Of a DNA stretch of 64,000 nucleotides, positions 13,478-26,241 are shown piece by piece. The first letter of the stretch is position 1; the number at the start of each line of letters is the position of its first letter. Origin of the DNA: Raja brachyura (taxonomy: Eukaryota). Both the position numbers and the translations under genes were made by a program. Location: NCBI GenBank assembly GCA_963514005.1, contig OY740789.1, forward strand, positions 82,522,001 to 82,586,000, written 5' to 3'. Below the pieces are notes generated by a model. The model was given only the letters and a program-made list of their open reading frames with translations. It did no database searches and was not told the origin of the DNA.

Positions 13478-15280
13478 TCTATATTACTAAAAGTCTGATC
13501 TTAACCACTCCCTGTTGTTTGTATATTGATTTTAGAAAAGACGCTACCACTTATGGCTGTAATTTTTGCCCATCTTACTCAGATTCCCCCTCCGCTGCGC
13601 AGGACAAGAGGATTTTTCCCATCAATGAAAAATAAAAGAGTTATTAGTGTTTAAAAAATGTTGAGATTCCTTCTCCTGAGGGCCACACCCCTTCCGGAGA
13701 GACTATAAAACCTGGATGCGTTGAGTGCCTCAGTCAGTCTCTGCAAGTTGGGGGAGCAAGAGGGTCACGTCTCTCAGTCTGATCCGTGAATAACACTGAA
13801 CACATGTCTACTAAACTGTGAGTGTGGTTTTACTGACCTTGAGTGCCCTTAATGTGGTTTGAAAATGGAAATGTGGTTTGTTTGAAAAAGCACAGCAAAT
13901 GGTTGGTGGTGTTTGATTTGAGCTAAAGCGCAGCAAATGGTTGGCGGTGGTTGGTTTGAACTAAACCACGGCAAATGGTTGGCGGTGGTTGGTTTGAACT
14001 AAAGCACGGCAAATGGTTGGCGGTGGTTGGTTTGAACTAAAGCACGGCAAATGGTTGGCGGTGGTTGGTTTGAACTAAAGCACGGCAAATGGTTGGCGGT
14101 GGTTGGTTTGAACTAAAGCACGGCAAATGGTTGGCGGTGGTTGGTTTGAACTAAGGCACGGCAAATGGTTGGCAGTGGTTGGTTTGAACTAAAGCACGGC
14201 AAATGGTTGGCGGTGGTTGGTTTGAACTAAAGCACGGCAAATGGTTGGCGGTGGTTGGTTTGAACTAAAGCACGGCAAATGGTTGGCGGTGGTTGGTTTG
14301 AACTAAAGCACGGCAAATGGTTGGCGGTGGTTGGTTTGAACTAAGGCACGGCAAATGGTTGGCGGTGGTTGGTTTGAACTAAGGCAATGATTAAAAGTCT
14401 AAACTTGACAACTTCTTGTTTACATTGTATATTGATTTTAGATAAAAAGCTACCACTTACGCTGTGAGTTTTGGCCATCTTACTCAGTCCTCCTCCGCTC
14501 ATCTGGTGCAAAGGATTCTTCCCATCAATGAAAAATAAGTGTTATTAATGTTTTAAAAATATTGAGAATCTCTCTCCTGTCAATTACGCCATGAAAGCCA
14601 CACCCCTTCCGATGGGAGGGGGGAGGGATTATAAAACCCGGAAGTGTCGGTGTGGCTCAGTCTCTGCAAGATGGGGGAGGGAGAGGTCACGACTCTGTCT
14701 GAGCTGTGATTCAACTAAACACACTGAATGTCTTCTGAACTGTGAGTGTGGTGTTTAAGTGGTGTTTTGTGTAGTTTTGTGGTGCTTTTGCCCTGCTTGA
14801 AATGGTATGAAACTGCACTTGAATTTGGTGGCCTTGCACCCTGCTTGAAGTGGTAGGAAACTGCACTAGAGTTTGGTGACCCTGCACCCTGCTTGAAGTG
14901 GTAGGAAACTGCACTTGAATTTGGTGGCCTTGCACCCTGCTTGAAGTGGTAGGATACTGCACTTGAATTCGGTGGCTTTGCACCCTGCTTGAAGTGGTAA
15001 GAAATTGCACTTGAATTTGGTGGCCTTGCACCCTGCTTGAAGTGGTAAGAAACTGCACTTGAATTTGGTGGCCTTGCACCCTGCTTGAAATGGTAGGAAA
15101 ATGCATTTGAATTTGGTGGCCTTGCACCCTGCTTGAAATGGAATTTCAAGGAATAGCCGTGAGTCAACTGCCAGTCCACCAGCCGTGAGTGAGCTGCCAG
15201 CACATCAGGCTTGAGTGATTAAGCTGCCACCCCAAGAATCGATTTGGCCCACAACACCTATACTATCGCTCTAGAAAGCC

Positions 15281-15311
<31 letters not shown>

Positions 15312-15415
15312 ACCACTGGCCACAATTCTTGGAATTGGTGGAGAGGTGGAATATTGCTTTGGGGGACCAGCCCTCCCTTGTGGACATGGGACCCAACGGG
15401 TCCCACTTAGTCTAG
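13478..15415 (+). mobile_element. Non-autonomous Helitron with internal minisatellites
   Basis: A|TCTATATTACTAAAA 5' end; GGGACCC-aac-GGGTCCC hairpin (15388-15404) then CTAG|T; no TSD. Internal 38-bp (~13880-14385) and 48-bp (~14790-15140) tandem arrays and an internal direct duplication. Confidence 0.82.
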
Positions 15416-18400
15416 TATATTTAGTAAATAACTGCGGTCCCAGCACCAAGCCTTGCAGTACCCCACTAGTCTCTATCTGCCATTCTGAAAGGGACCCGTT
15501 AATCCCTACTCTTTGTTTCCTGTTTGCCAACAAATTTTCTATGGATGTCAGCAGTCTACCCCCAATACCATGTGCCCTAATTTTGCCCACTAATCTCCTG
15601 TGTGGGACCTTATCATATCCTTTATGATTGACTCCAGCATTTTCCCCACCACCGGTCCGGCTAACTGGTCTATAATTCCCTGTTTTCTCTCTCCCGCCTT
15701 TCTTAAAAAGTGGGATAACATTAGCTAACCTCCAATCCACGGGAACTGATCCTGAATCTATTGAACATCGGAAAATGAACACCAATGCATCCACGATTTC
15801 TAGAGCCACTTCCTTAAGTACCCTGGGATGCAGACCATCAGACCCTGGGGATGGATCAGCCTTCAGTCCCATCAGTCTACCCAACACCATTTCCTGCCTA
15901 ATGTTGATTTCCTTCAGTTTCTCTGTCACCCCAGATCCTCTGGCCACTAGTACATCAGGAAGATTGTTTGTGTCCTCCTTAGTGAAGACAGATGTGTGTC
16001 CTTGGAGGTGGTGCAGCGGGTGCATCCCCTCCAGGGACAGTGGCAGTGGTTGGAATATCAGGTCTGATTCTATGCTACCTGAGGTGTGGAGAATTGGTGG
16101 TGTAATTGGGGAGATTAGAATAATCACTGGATGCAGAGCAGACGAAGAATCTGCTTCCTCTGCCGTGGATCCAAACAAGGACAAAAACATAAACATGGCA
16201 TCCAGGATATTGAGGGCACTGAAAACCCAGAACTGCCCCTGGAAGCTGTCAAGTCTGGGGTTCAGTTGAAAGTTCCCACATGGACAGAATGTTGGAAAAA
16301 TAGAAACATAGAAAATAGGTGCAGGAGTAGTCCATTCAGCCCTTTGTGCCAGCACTGCCATTCAATATGATAATGGCTGATCATCCAACATCAGTAACCT
16401 GTTCCTGTTTTTCCCCATAGCCCTTGATTTCCCGTTAGCCCAAAGAGGGCAAGCAGCATTTTAGCAGTCTTTGAGTGCAGGTCGGCCAAAGCACATACTT
16501 ACACGCTCATCAGAGGAAGAAAGGTTAGGAGTGAGTGTGGGGATTGGCTGAACAATTAGATTGGAAGATTGGTAAATTGGACAATTAGGCAATTTAGCAT
16601 CTGATATAATCAAGACTTGCTCAAGGGGTGTGGCCCTGTGAGAAAAGTGCGAGTGTTTGGCTGCGAGTCTCCGGCGAGGAGGCTGAGGGAGGACGCCACA
16701 CCAAACACTGGAGAGGGAGAGACGAAAGAGGAGATGTCAAGCAAACTGATTCAGTGTGATGCTTGCAGTATGTGGGAGGTCAAGGACACTGCTGGTGCCT
16801 CTGGCTGCTACAAATGTGAGAAGTGCATCCAGGTGCAGCTCCTGAAGGACTGTGTTGGGGAACTGGAGAAACAAGTGGATGACCTCGGGTTCACCCGTGA
16901 AACTGCGTCGTTCCTCGACAAGTCCTCCAGTGAGATTGTTACACCTGAGGTACTGGAAGAGAGAAGGTGGGTAACGGTGAGAAAGGGAGGGAAACTTGGA
17001 ATGCAAAGGTCCCCGGGAGTTGTACCTCTTGTGAACAGGTTCACCCACTTAGAAGCTGTAGGGACAGAAGATGTTAAAACACTGAGCGGCGGACTGGCTT
17101 GTGAAGCAAAAAGGGCTGTTGAGCCAAAACCAAAGAGGCCAACGTCAGGTAACACCGTGATAGCTGGAGACTCCATTGTGAGAGGTACGGACAGGGGTTT
17201 CTGCGGCAACAGACGGGATTCGAGGGTGTGCTGGTGTGCTGCCTTCCTGGTGCCAGGATCCAGGATGTCATGGACAGAGTGCAGACAATCCTCAAGGGCG
17301 ATGGTGAACAGCCAGAAGTGGTCGTGCATGTTGGCACAAACGATGTTGGAAAGAAGGGGATGAATATTTTGCAGCGTGACTTTAGAGAGCTCGGAAAAAT
17401 GCTGAAAAGCAGGACCTCCAGGGTTGTTATCTCTGGTTTGCTTCCAGTTCTTCGTGCTGGCGAGAGCAGGAACAGGGAGATACGGGACCTGAATGTGTGG
17501 CTGAGGAACTGGTGCAGGGGGCAGGGATTTAGATTCTTAGATCACTGGGATCTGCTTTGGAGTAAGGGGGAACTGTACAAAAGGGACGGATTGCATCTTA
17601 ACAGGTGGGGGACCAGCATTCTGGCAGGCAGGTTTGCCACTGCTACACGGGTGGCTTTAAACTGAATAACGGGGGGGGTGGGGTGTCAAATGGGATTGTC
17701 AAGGACGGAGTTAAAGGGAAAGAGAGTAAAGGGATAGTTAATGACCCCAGAATTAATGGGAAAGGAAGTTCACAAAGGGATAGGAGAGTATGGCCAAGTG
17801 TAATAGGGATCGATATGAAAGGTGAGATGTGTAAGGAATTAAAAGTATTGTATATGAATGCGCAAAGTATAAGAAGTAAAGTAGATGAGCTTGAGGCTCA
17901 GTTACAGGTTGGTAGATATGACATTGTGGGGAATACTGAGACGTGGCTGCAGGAGGATCGGGCCTGGGAACTTAATATTCAGGGTTATACATCCTATAGA
18001 AAGGACAGGCAGGTGGGCAGGGGGGGGGGGGGGGGGTAGCTCTGCTGGTGAGGGATGGAATTCAGTCCCTTGCGAGGGAAGACATACGGACTGACGAGGT
18101 AGAGTCACTGTGGATTGAGTTGAGGAATTGCAAAGGCAAGAAGACACTAATTGGTGTTATCTGCAGATCCCTAAATAGTAGCCGGGACGTAGGGTGTAAG
18201 TTGCAGCAGGAGTTAAAACTGGCATGTAACAAAGGTAATGCCACTGTGGTGATGGGGGATTTCAATATGCAGGTAGACTGGGAAAATCAGGTTGGTTCAG
18301 AGCCCAAGAAAGAGAGTTTGTAGAATGCCTCCGAGATGGATTCTTAGAGCAGCTTGTAATGGAGCTGACCAGAGAAAAGGCAATTCTGGATTTAGTGTTG

Positions 18401-20285
18401 TCCAATGAACCAGATATGATAAGAGATCTCGAGGTAAAGGAACCGCTTAGAGGTAGTGATCATAATATGATTAGTTTTAATCTGCAATTTGAGGAGAAGG
18501 TTAAATCGGAAATGTCAGTGATGCAGTTGAACAAAGGGGACTATGAAGGCATGAAAGAGGAACTGGCCAAGGTAGACTGGAAAGGGATCCTAGCAGGAAT
18601 GGCGGTGGAACAGCAATGGCAGGAATTTCGGGGCATAATCCGGAAGACGCAGGATCATTTCATTCCTAAATGGAAGAAAGATTCTAAGGGGAGTAGGAGG
18701 CAACCGTGGCTGACAAGAGAAGTTAGGGATGGAATAAAACTAAAAGAAAAGATGTATAACACAGCAAAGAGTAGCCGGAAGCCACAGGATTGGGAAACTT
18801 TCATAGGACAACAGAAGGAAACAAAACGGGCAATACGGGCTGAAAAGATGAAGTACGAGGGGAAGCTGGCCAGGAATATAAAGAAGGACAGTAAAAGCTT
18901 CTTTAGATATGTTAAGGGAAAAAGAGTAGCAAAGGTAAATGTGGGTCCCTTGAAGGCAGACACGGGTGAAATTATTATGGGGAACAAGGAAATGGCAGAA
19001 GAGTTGAATAGGTACTTTGGATCCGTCTTCACTAAGGAAGACACAAACAATCTCCAGATGTACTGGAGGACAGAGGATCTAAGGGGGTAGAGGAACTGAA
19101 ATAAATTTTCATTAGGCGAGAATTAGTATTGGGTAGGCTAATGGGACTGAAGGATGATAAATCCGCTGGGCCTGATGGTCTGCATCCCAGGGTCCTCAGG
19201 GAGTTGGCTCTAGAAATAGTGGATGCATTGGTGATTATTTTCCAATGTTCAATAGATTCAGGATCAGTTCCTGTGGATTGGAGGATAGCTAATGTTATCC
19301 CACTTTTCAAGAAGGGAGCGAGAGAGAAAACGGGGAATTACAGACCAGTTAGCCTGACTTCGGTGGTGGGAAAGATGCTGGAGTTAATTATTAAAGAGGT
19401 AATAATGGGGCATTTGGATAGCAGTAAAAAGATTAGTCCAAGTCAACATGGATTTATGAAAGGGAAATCATGCTTGACTAATCTTCTGGAATTTTTTGAG
19501 GATGTGACAAGTAAAATGGTTGAAGGGGGTGCCAGTGGATGTAGTGTATCTAGACTTTCAGAAAGCCTTTGATAAGGTCCCGCACGGGAGACTGGTGACT
19601 AAAATTAGAGCACATGGTATTGGGGGTAGGGTGTTGACATGGATAGAAAATTGGTTGGCAGACAGGAAGCAAAGAGTAGGAGTGAACGGGTCATTTTCAG
19701 AATGGCAGGCAGTGGTGAGTGGAGTACCGCAAAGCTCTCTGTTGGGGCCACATCTGTTTACTATATGTACAGTGGCTTGCAAAGGTTTTCATACCCCTTG
19801 AACTTTTCCACACTTTGTCACGTTACAATCACAAACGTAAATGTATTTTATTGGCATTTTATGTGATAGACCAACACAAAGTGGCGCATAGTTGTGAAGT
19901 GGAAGGGAAATGATACATGGTTTTCACATTTTTTTACAAATAAAAAACTGAAACGTGTGGCGTGCAAATGTATTCAGCCCCCTTTACTCTGATACCCCTA
20001 AATAAAATCCAGTGCAACCAATTGCCTTCAGAAGTCACCTAATTAGTAAATAGAGTCCACTTGTGTGTAATCTAATCTTAGTATAAATACAGCTGCTCTG
20101 TGAAGGCCTCAGAGGTTTGTTAGAGAACATTCGTGATCTAACAGCATCATGAAGCCCAAGGAACACACCAGACAGGTCAGGGATAAAGTTGTGTAGAAGT
20201 TTAAAGCAGGGTTAGGTCATCTTAGGGAGCACTGTTCAATCCATCATCCGAAAATGGAAAGAGTATGGCACAACTGCAAACCTAG

Positions 20286-21834
20286 TCCTTACCCTCAACA
20301 ACTTCTCTTTTGACTCCTCCCATTTCCTCCAAACACAAGGCGTAGCTATGGGCACACGCATGAGCCCTAGCTACGCTTGCCTCTTTGTCGGGCACGTCGA
20401 ACAATCTTTGTTCTCGGCGTACCAGGGCCCCACCCCCGACCTTTACCTCCGTTACATTGACGACTGCTTTGGTGTCACCTCCTGCACCCACGCAGAACTG
20501 ACTGACTTCATCCATTTCACCACCAACTTCCATCCGGCACTCAAATATACTTGGACCATTTCCGACATTTCCCTACCATTCCTTGACCTCACCATCTCTA
20601 TTGCAGGTGATACACTCCTGACTGACATCCACTACAAACCAACTGACTCCCACAGCTACCTGGACTACTCTTCCTCCCACCCTGCTTCCTGTAAGGACTC
20701 CATCCCCTATTCCCAATTCCTCCGTCTACGCCGCATCTGCTCCCAGGATGACGTGTTCCACACCAGGTCATCGCAAATGTCCTCGTTCTTCAGAGAACGG
20801 GGTTTCCCCTCCCCCACTATAGATGAGGCTCGCACCAGGGTCTCCTCCATACCCCGCAACACTGCCCTCTCTCCCCATTCCCCCACTCACAACAAGGGCC
20901 GAGTCCCCCTGGTCCTCACCTTTCACCCCACCAGCCAGCGCATACGACAGATAGTCCTCCGCCAGTTTCGTCACCTCCAACGTGACCCCTCCACTCGCCA
21001 TATCTTCCCATCTCCCCCCCTGTCTGCCTTCCGCAAAGACCGCTCACTCCACAATTCCCTCGTCAATTCTTCCCTTCCCTCCCGCTCCACTCCTTCCCCA
21101 GGCACTTTCCCTTGCAACCGCAAGAGATGCTACACTTGTCCCTTCACCTCCCCCATCCACTCCTTTCAGGGACCCAAGCAGTCATTCCAAGTCCGACAGA
21201 GGTTCACCTGCACCTCCTCCAACCTCATCTACTGCATCCGTTGCTCCAGATGCCAGCTGATCTACATCGGTGAGACCAAGCGGAAGCTTGGCGATCGTTT
21301 CGCCGAACACCTCCGCTCGGTCCGCAATAACCAACCCGACCTCCCGGTGGCTCAGCACTTCAACTCCCCCTCCCACTCCGTATCCGACCTCTCGGTCCTG
21401 GGCCTCCTCCACGGCCAGAGTGATCAACACCGCAAGTTGGAGGAACAGCACCTCATATTCCGCTTGGGGAGTCTGCATCCTCTGGGCTTAAACATTGAAC
21501 TTTCTCAATTCTGTTAACCCAGACTGCCTCCCCCCCACCTCTCCCTCTGCCCTCTGGCCCTGACATTCCTTCTCCATCTCCCCCCCCCCCAGTCGCACTA
21601 GCTTCTCATTTTCACACCACAAACAGCTTACAATGGCCTGTTTCCTTTGTCACCAATACTTTTTTGCATATCTTTCACTCATTGTTCCTTATCTCTCCAC
21701 ATCACTGTTTATATCTCTCGTTTCCCTGATCCCTGACCAGTCTGAAGAAGGGTCTCGACCCGAAACGTCGCCTATCTCCTTCGCTCCTTAGATGCTGCCG
21801 CACCCGCTGAGTTTCTCCAGCTTTTTGTGTAACC
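20286..21834 (+). mobile_element. 5'-truncated Penelope-like retroelement (RT + GIY-YIG endonuclease; frame open to 21517)
   Basis: Motifs GVAMG, YLRYIDD, LIYCIRC...YIGET...RFAEH. 12-bp TSD-like ctgcaaacctag (20274-85) / ctgtaaacctag (21835-46). Confidence 0.94.
21742..21769 (+). ncRNA. Minimal type-I hammerhead ribozyme core in the Penelope terminal repeat
   Basis: CTGAAGA-A-GGG-tctcga-CCC-GAAA-CGTC: CUGANGA and GAAA cores, stem II, GUC triplet. Penelope-like elements are known to carry such motifs. Helix I pairing is weak in this copy. Confidence 0.65.
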
Positions 21835-24800
21835 CTGTAAACCTAGCAAGACATGGTCGTCCACCTAAACTGACAGGCCGGGCAAAGAGAGCATTGATCA
21901 GAGAAGCAGCCAAGAGGCCCATGGTAACTCTGGAGGAGCTGCAGATTGGGAGCTCAGGTGGGAGAATCTGTCCACAGGACAACTATTAGTCGTGCACTCC
22001 ACAAATCGGGACTTTATGGAAGAGTGGCAAGAAGAAAGCCATTGTTGAAACAAAGCCATAAGAAGTCATGTGGGGGACACAGCAAATATGTGGAGGAAGG
22101 TGCTCTGGTCTGATGAGACCAAAATTGAAGTTTTTGGCCTAAATGCAAAACGCTATGTGTGGCGGAAAACTAACACTGCACATCACCCTGAACACACCAT
22201 CCCCACTGTGAAACATGGTGGTGGCAGCATCATGCTGTGGGGATGCTTTTCTTCAGCCGGGTCAGGGAAGCTGGTCAGAGTTGATGGGAAGATGGATGGA
22301 GCCAAATACAGGCCAATCTTGGAAGAAAACCTGTTAGATTCTGCAAAAGACTTGAGACTGGGGTGGAGGTTCACCTTCCAGCAGGACAACGACCCTAAAC
22401 ATACAGCCAGAGCTACAATGGAATGGTTTAGATCCAAGCATATTCATGTATTAGAATGGCCCAGTCAATGTCCAGACCTAAATCCAATTGAGAATCTCTG
22501 GCAAGACTTGAAATTGCTGTTCACAGACGCTCTCCATCCAATCTGACAGAGCTTGAGCTATTTTGCAAAGAAGAATGGGCAAAAATGTCAGTCTCTAGAT
22601 GTGCAAAGCTGGTAGAGACATACCCCAAAAGACTTGCAGCTGTAATTGCAGCGAAAGGTGGTTCTACAAAGTATTGATTCAGTGGGGCACGCCACACTTT
22701 TCAGTTTTTTATTTGTAATAAAATTTGGAAACCATGTATCATTTTCCTTCCACCACAATTATGCACCACTTTGTGCTGGTCTATCACATAAAATCCCAAT
22801 AAAATACATTTACGTTTGTGGTTGTAACGTGACAAAATGTGGAAAAGTTCAAGGGGTATGAAAACTTTTGCAAGCCACTGTATTAATGATTAGGAAGTGG
22901 GAATTAGGAGCAACACTAGCAGGTTTGTGGATGACACAAAGCTGGGTGGCAGTGTGAACTGTGAAGAGGATGTTAGGAGGTTGCAGGGTGACCTGGACAG
23001 GTTGAGTGAGTTGGCAGAAGCGTGGCAGATGCAGTATAATATAGATAAATGTGAGGTTATCCACAAATAAGGGGGAAGATTATTATCTCAAAGGGGTTAG
23101 GTTAGGTAAGGGGGAGGTGCAGCGAGACCTGGGTGTTCTTGTACACAGATCACTGAAAGTTGGCGTGCAGGTACAGCAAGCAGTGAAGAAAGCTAATGGA
23201 ATGTTGGCCTTCATAACAAGAGGATTTCAGCATAGGAGTAAAGAGGTTCTTTTGCATTTGTATGGGGCTCTGGTGAGACCACATCTGGAGTATTACGTCC
23301 AGTTTTGGTCTCCAAATTTGAGGAAGGATATCCTTGTGATTGAGGCAGTGCAGCATAGGTTCACGAGATTGATCCCAGGGATGGCGGGACTGTCATATGA
23401 GGAAAGATTGAAAAGACTGGACTTGTATTCACTGGAGTTTAGAAGGATGAGGGGGAATCTTATAGAACCATATAAAATTATAAAAGGACTGGACAAGCTA
23501 GATGCAGGAAAATTGTTTCCAATGTTGGGCGAGTCCAGAACCAGGGACCACAGTCTTAGAATAAAGGGGAGGCCATTTAAGACTGAGGTGAGGAAAAACT
23601 GTTTCACCCAGAGAGTTGTGAATTTGTGGAATTCCCTGCCACAGAGGGCAGTGGAGGCCAAATCACTGGGTGGATTTAAGAGAGAGTTAGATAGAGCTCT
23701 AGGAGCTAGTGGAATCAAGGGCTATGGGGAGAAGGCACGCACGGGTTATTGATTGGGGACGATCAGCCATGATCACAATGAATAGCGGTGTTGGCTCGAA
23801 GGGCCGAATGGCCTCCTCCTGCACCTATTTTCAATGTTTCTATGTAACTATATCTACCTCTGTTGAAAACATCCAGCAATTTGGCCTCCATTGCCTTCTG
23901 TGGTACAGAATTCCACAGATTCACAACTTTATGGGTGAAAACGTTTTTCCTCATCTCAGTTCTAAATGGCCTAACCCTTATTCTGAAACTCTGGTTCTGG
24001 ACTCCCCCAACATCGGGAGCATTTTTCCTGCATCTAGCCTGTCCAATCCCTGAAGAATTTTATATGTTTCTATAAGATCCCCTCTCATCTTTCTAAATTC
24101 CAGTGAATACAAGCCCAGTCGACTCATTCTTTCATCATATGTCAGTCGCACCATCCTGGGAATTAACCTGGTGAACCTACTCTGCACTCCCTCAATAGCA
24201 ATAATGTCCTTCCACAAATTAGAAGACCAAAACTGCACACAATAATACTCTAGGTGCAGTCTCACCAGGGCCCTGTACAACTGCAGTAGGACCTCCTTGC
24301 TCATTTACTCAAATCCTCTCGGTATGAAGGCTTAAATGCCATTAGCTTTCTTCACAGCCTGCTGTTCCTGATTGATGTACAGGGAAACCCAGGTCTCATT
24401 GCACTTCCTCTTTTCCTCATCTGACACCATTCAGATAATAATCTGCCTTCCTGTTCTTGCCACCAAAGTAGATAACCTCACATTTATTCACATTATACTG
24501 CATCTGCCATGCATATGGCCACACACCCAACCTATCCAAGTCACCCTGCCGCCTCATAGCATCCTCCTCACAGCTCACACTGCCACTCAGCTTTGTATCA
24601 TCTGCAAACGTGGAGATGTTACATTTGATTCCCTTGTCTAAATCGTTAATATATTGTAAATAATTGGGGTCCCAGCACCAAGCCTTGCGACACCCCACTC
24701 ATCATTGTCTGCCATTCTGAAAAGGACACCTTAATTCCTACTCTTTGCTTCCTGTCCAACCAGTTTTCTATCCATGTCAGTACCCTACTCCCAATACTGT

Positions 24801-25314
24801 GTGCTCTCATTTTGCACACAAATCTCTTGTGTGGGACTTGTCAAAGACTTTTTGAACGTCCAGATACACCACAGTCACTGGCTCTCCCTTATCCATTCGA
24901 CTTGTTACATCTTCAAAAAATTCCAGAAGATTAGTCAAGCATGATTTCCCATTCATAAACCCATGCTGACTGACCGATCCTATCACTGCTTTCCAAATGT
25001 GGTGCTATAACATATATAATAATCGACTCGAGCATCTTCCTCACTACCAACTTGTCTAAAATTCCCTGTTAAGACGAACTGGTCTATAATTCCCTGTTTT
25101 CTCTCTCCCTCCTTTCTTAAAAGGTGAGGTTACATTAGCTACCCTCCAGTCCACAGGAACTGATCCAGAGCCTATAGAACATTGGAAAATGATCACAAAT
25201 GCATCCCCCATTTATGTGGCCACCTCCTTGAGTGCTCTGGGAAGCAGACCATCAGGCCCTGGGGATTTATCGGCCTTCAGACCCAACAGTTCACCCAACA
25301 CCATTTCATGACTA

Positions 25315-26241
25315 TTTCATGATTCAAACCATTTCATGGTTTCAAAACAGCGGAAGTGGCGGCGGCGCTGCTTGGCAGCTGCGGCTCACCTGCAGTCCGT
25401 CTGTCTTTTATTATATTTTTGTCTTCGTGTCTGTTTTTAGCAATTATTTTTGGTCTGTTAGGTTGTGTATGGGGGGGGGGGGTGGGGGGGGGGGGTGGGT
25501 GGGGGGGGGGTGGGTGGGGGTGGGGGGGGGTGGTAGTGGGAGAAACGGGGTTTTAGTCTCTCCCTTCGGGGTGATGCGACTTTTCTTGTCGTGTCCCCCA
25601 ACACCGTCTCCGTCTGTGCTGAGGCCCTAATGGCGGAGCTGGCAGCCTCCAGCTTCCAGCGGCGGCGGCATGGCTTTCAGTGCTCCAGCGGCGGCCTGGC
25701 TCCCTCTGAGCTGCGGTGCTCCAGCAGTGACCTGGTTTCGGAGCTGCGGTTCTCCAGCGGTGACCTGGGTTTCGGGAGCTGCGGTGCTCCAGCGGTGACC
25801 TGGGTTTCGGGAGCTGCGGTGCTCCAGCGGCGACCTGGCTTTCGGGAGCTGCAGTGCTCCAGCGGTGGCCTGGCTTCCGGGGCTGCGGTGCTCCAGTGAC
25901 GTTCCGGCGGCGGGCCCTGTGGCGGTGTTCCGGCGTTCCGGCGACAGCGGTGGCGGCGGCCCGGTTTCGGAGGCTCGGCCGCGGGCCTGGTGGACGGCAG
26001 CATCGGAGGCCTGGATCTCCTCAGCGCAGAGGGAGAATAAGGAGGGAAGAAGACAGAGACTCCAAGACTTTTGCCTTCCACCACAGTGAGGAGGTGTTTG
26101 GTGAACTCACTGTGGTGGATGTTAATTTTGTGTTTATTGTGTGGTTTTGTTATTTTTATATATGTATGACTGCAGGCACGAAATTTCGTTCAGACCGAAA
26201 GGTCTGAATGACAATAAAGGCTATTCATATTAATATTCATA
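25315..26241 (+). mobile_element. GC-rich non-autonomous retroelement (SINE-like) inserted in CR1
   Basis: 10-bp TSD ttcatgacta (25305-14 / 26242-51), 3' end aataaagg + (tattca)n-like tail, internal ~34-bp tandem repeats. Confidence 0.7.

Larger units (their letters stand above)
19770..22880 (+). mobile_element. Tc1/mariner DNA transposon with degenerate transposase (20149-22677), interrupted by Penelope
   Basis: TA duplication (19768-69 and 22881-82), ~195-bp TIRs CAGTGGCTTGCAAA...TTTGCAAGCCACTG, Tc1 DDE motifs WSDETK, FQQDNDPKH, PDLNPIE. Confidence 0.95.
16448..23847 (+). mobile_element. Near full-length, inactivated CR1 LINE (ORF1 ~16734-17665; ORF2 to 23752), interrupted by a Tc1 element
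   Basis: ORF1 has an N-terminal Cys cluster and SGNH-esterase motifs (GDSIVRG, HVGTND, DGLHLN). ORF2 has APE (YMNAQS, GDFN, SDH) and RT (QHGF, LDFQKAFDKVPH, GVPQ) motifs, with frameshifts. Ends in a tttctatg-type 3' tail. Confidence 0.92.

Noticed and set aside
13880-15140. Regular repeats as a possible CRISPR array (also 30452-31203 and 34860-35460)
   Set aside because: Head-to-tail tandem units with no unique spacers; vertebrate DNA with no cas genes.
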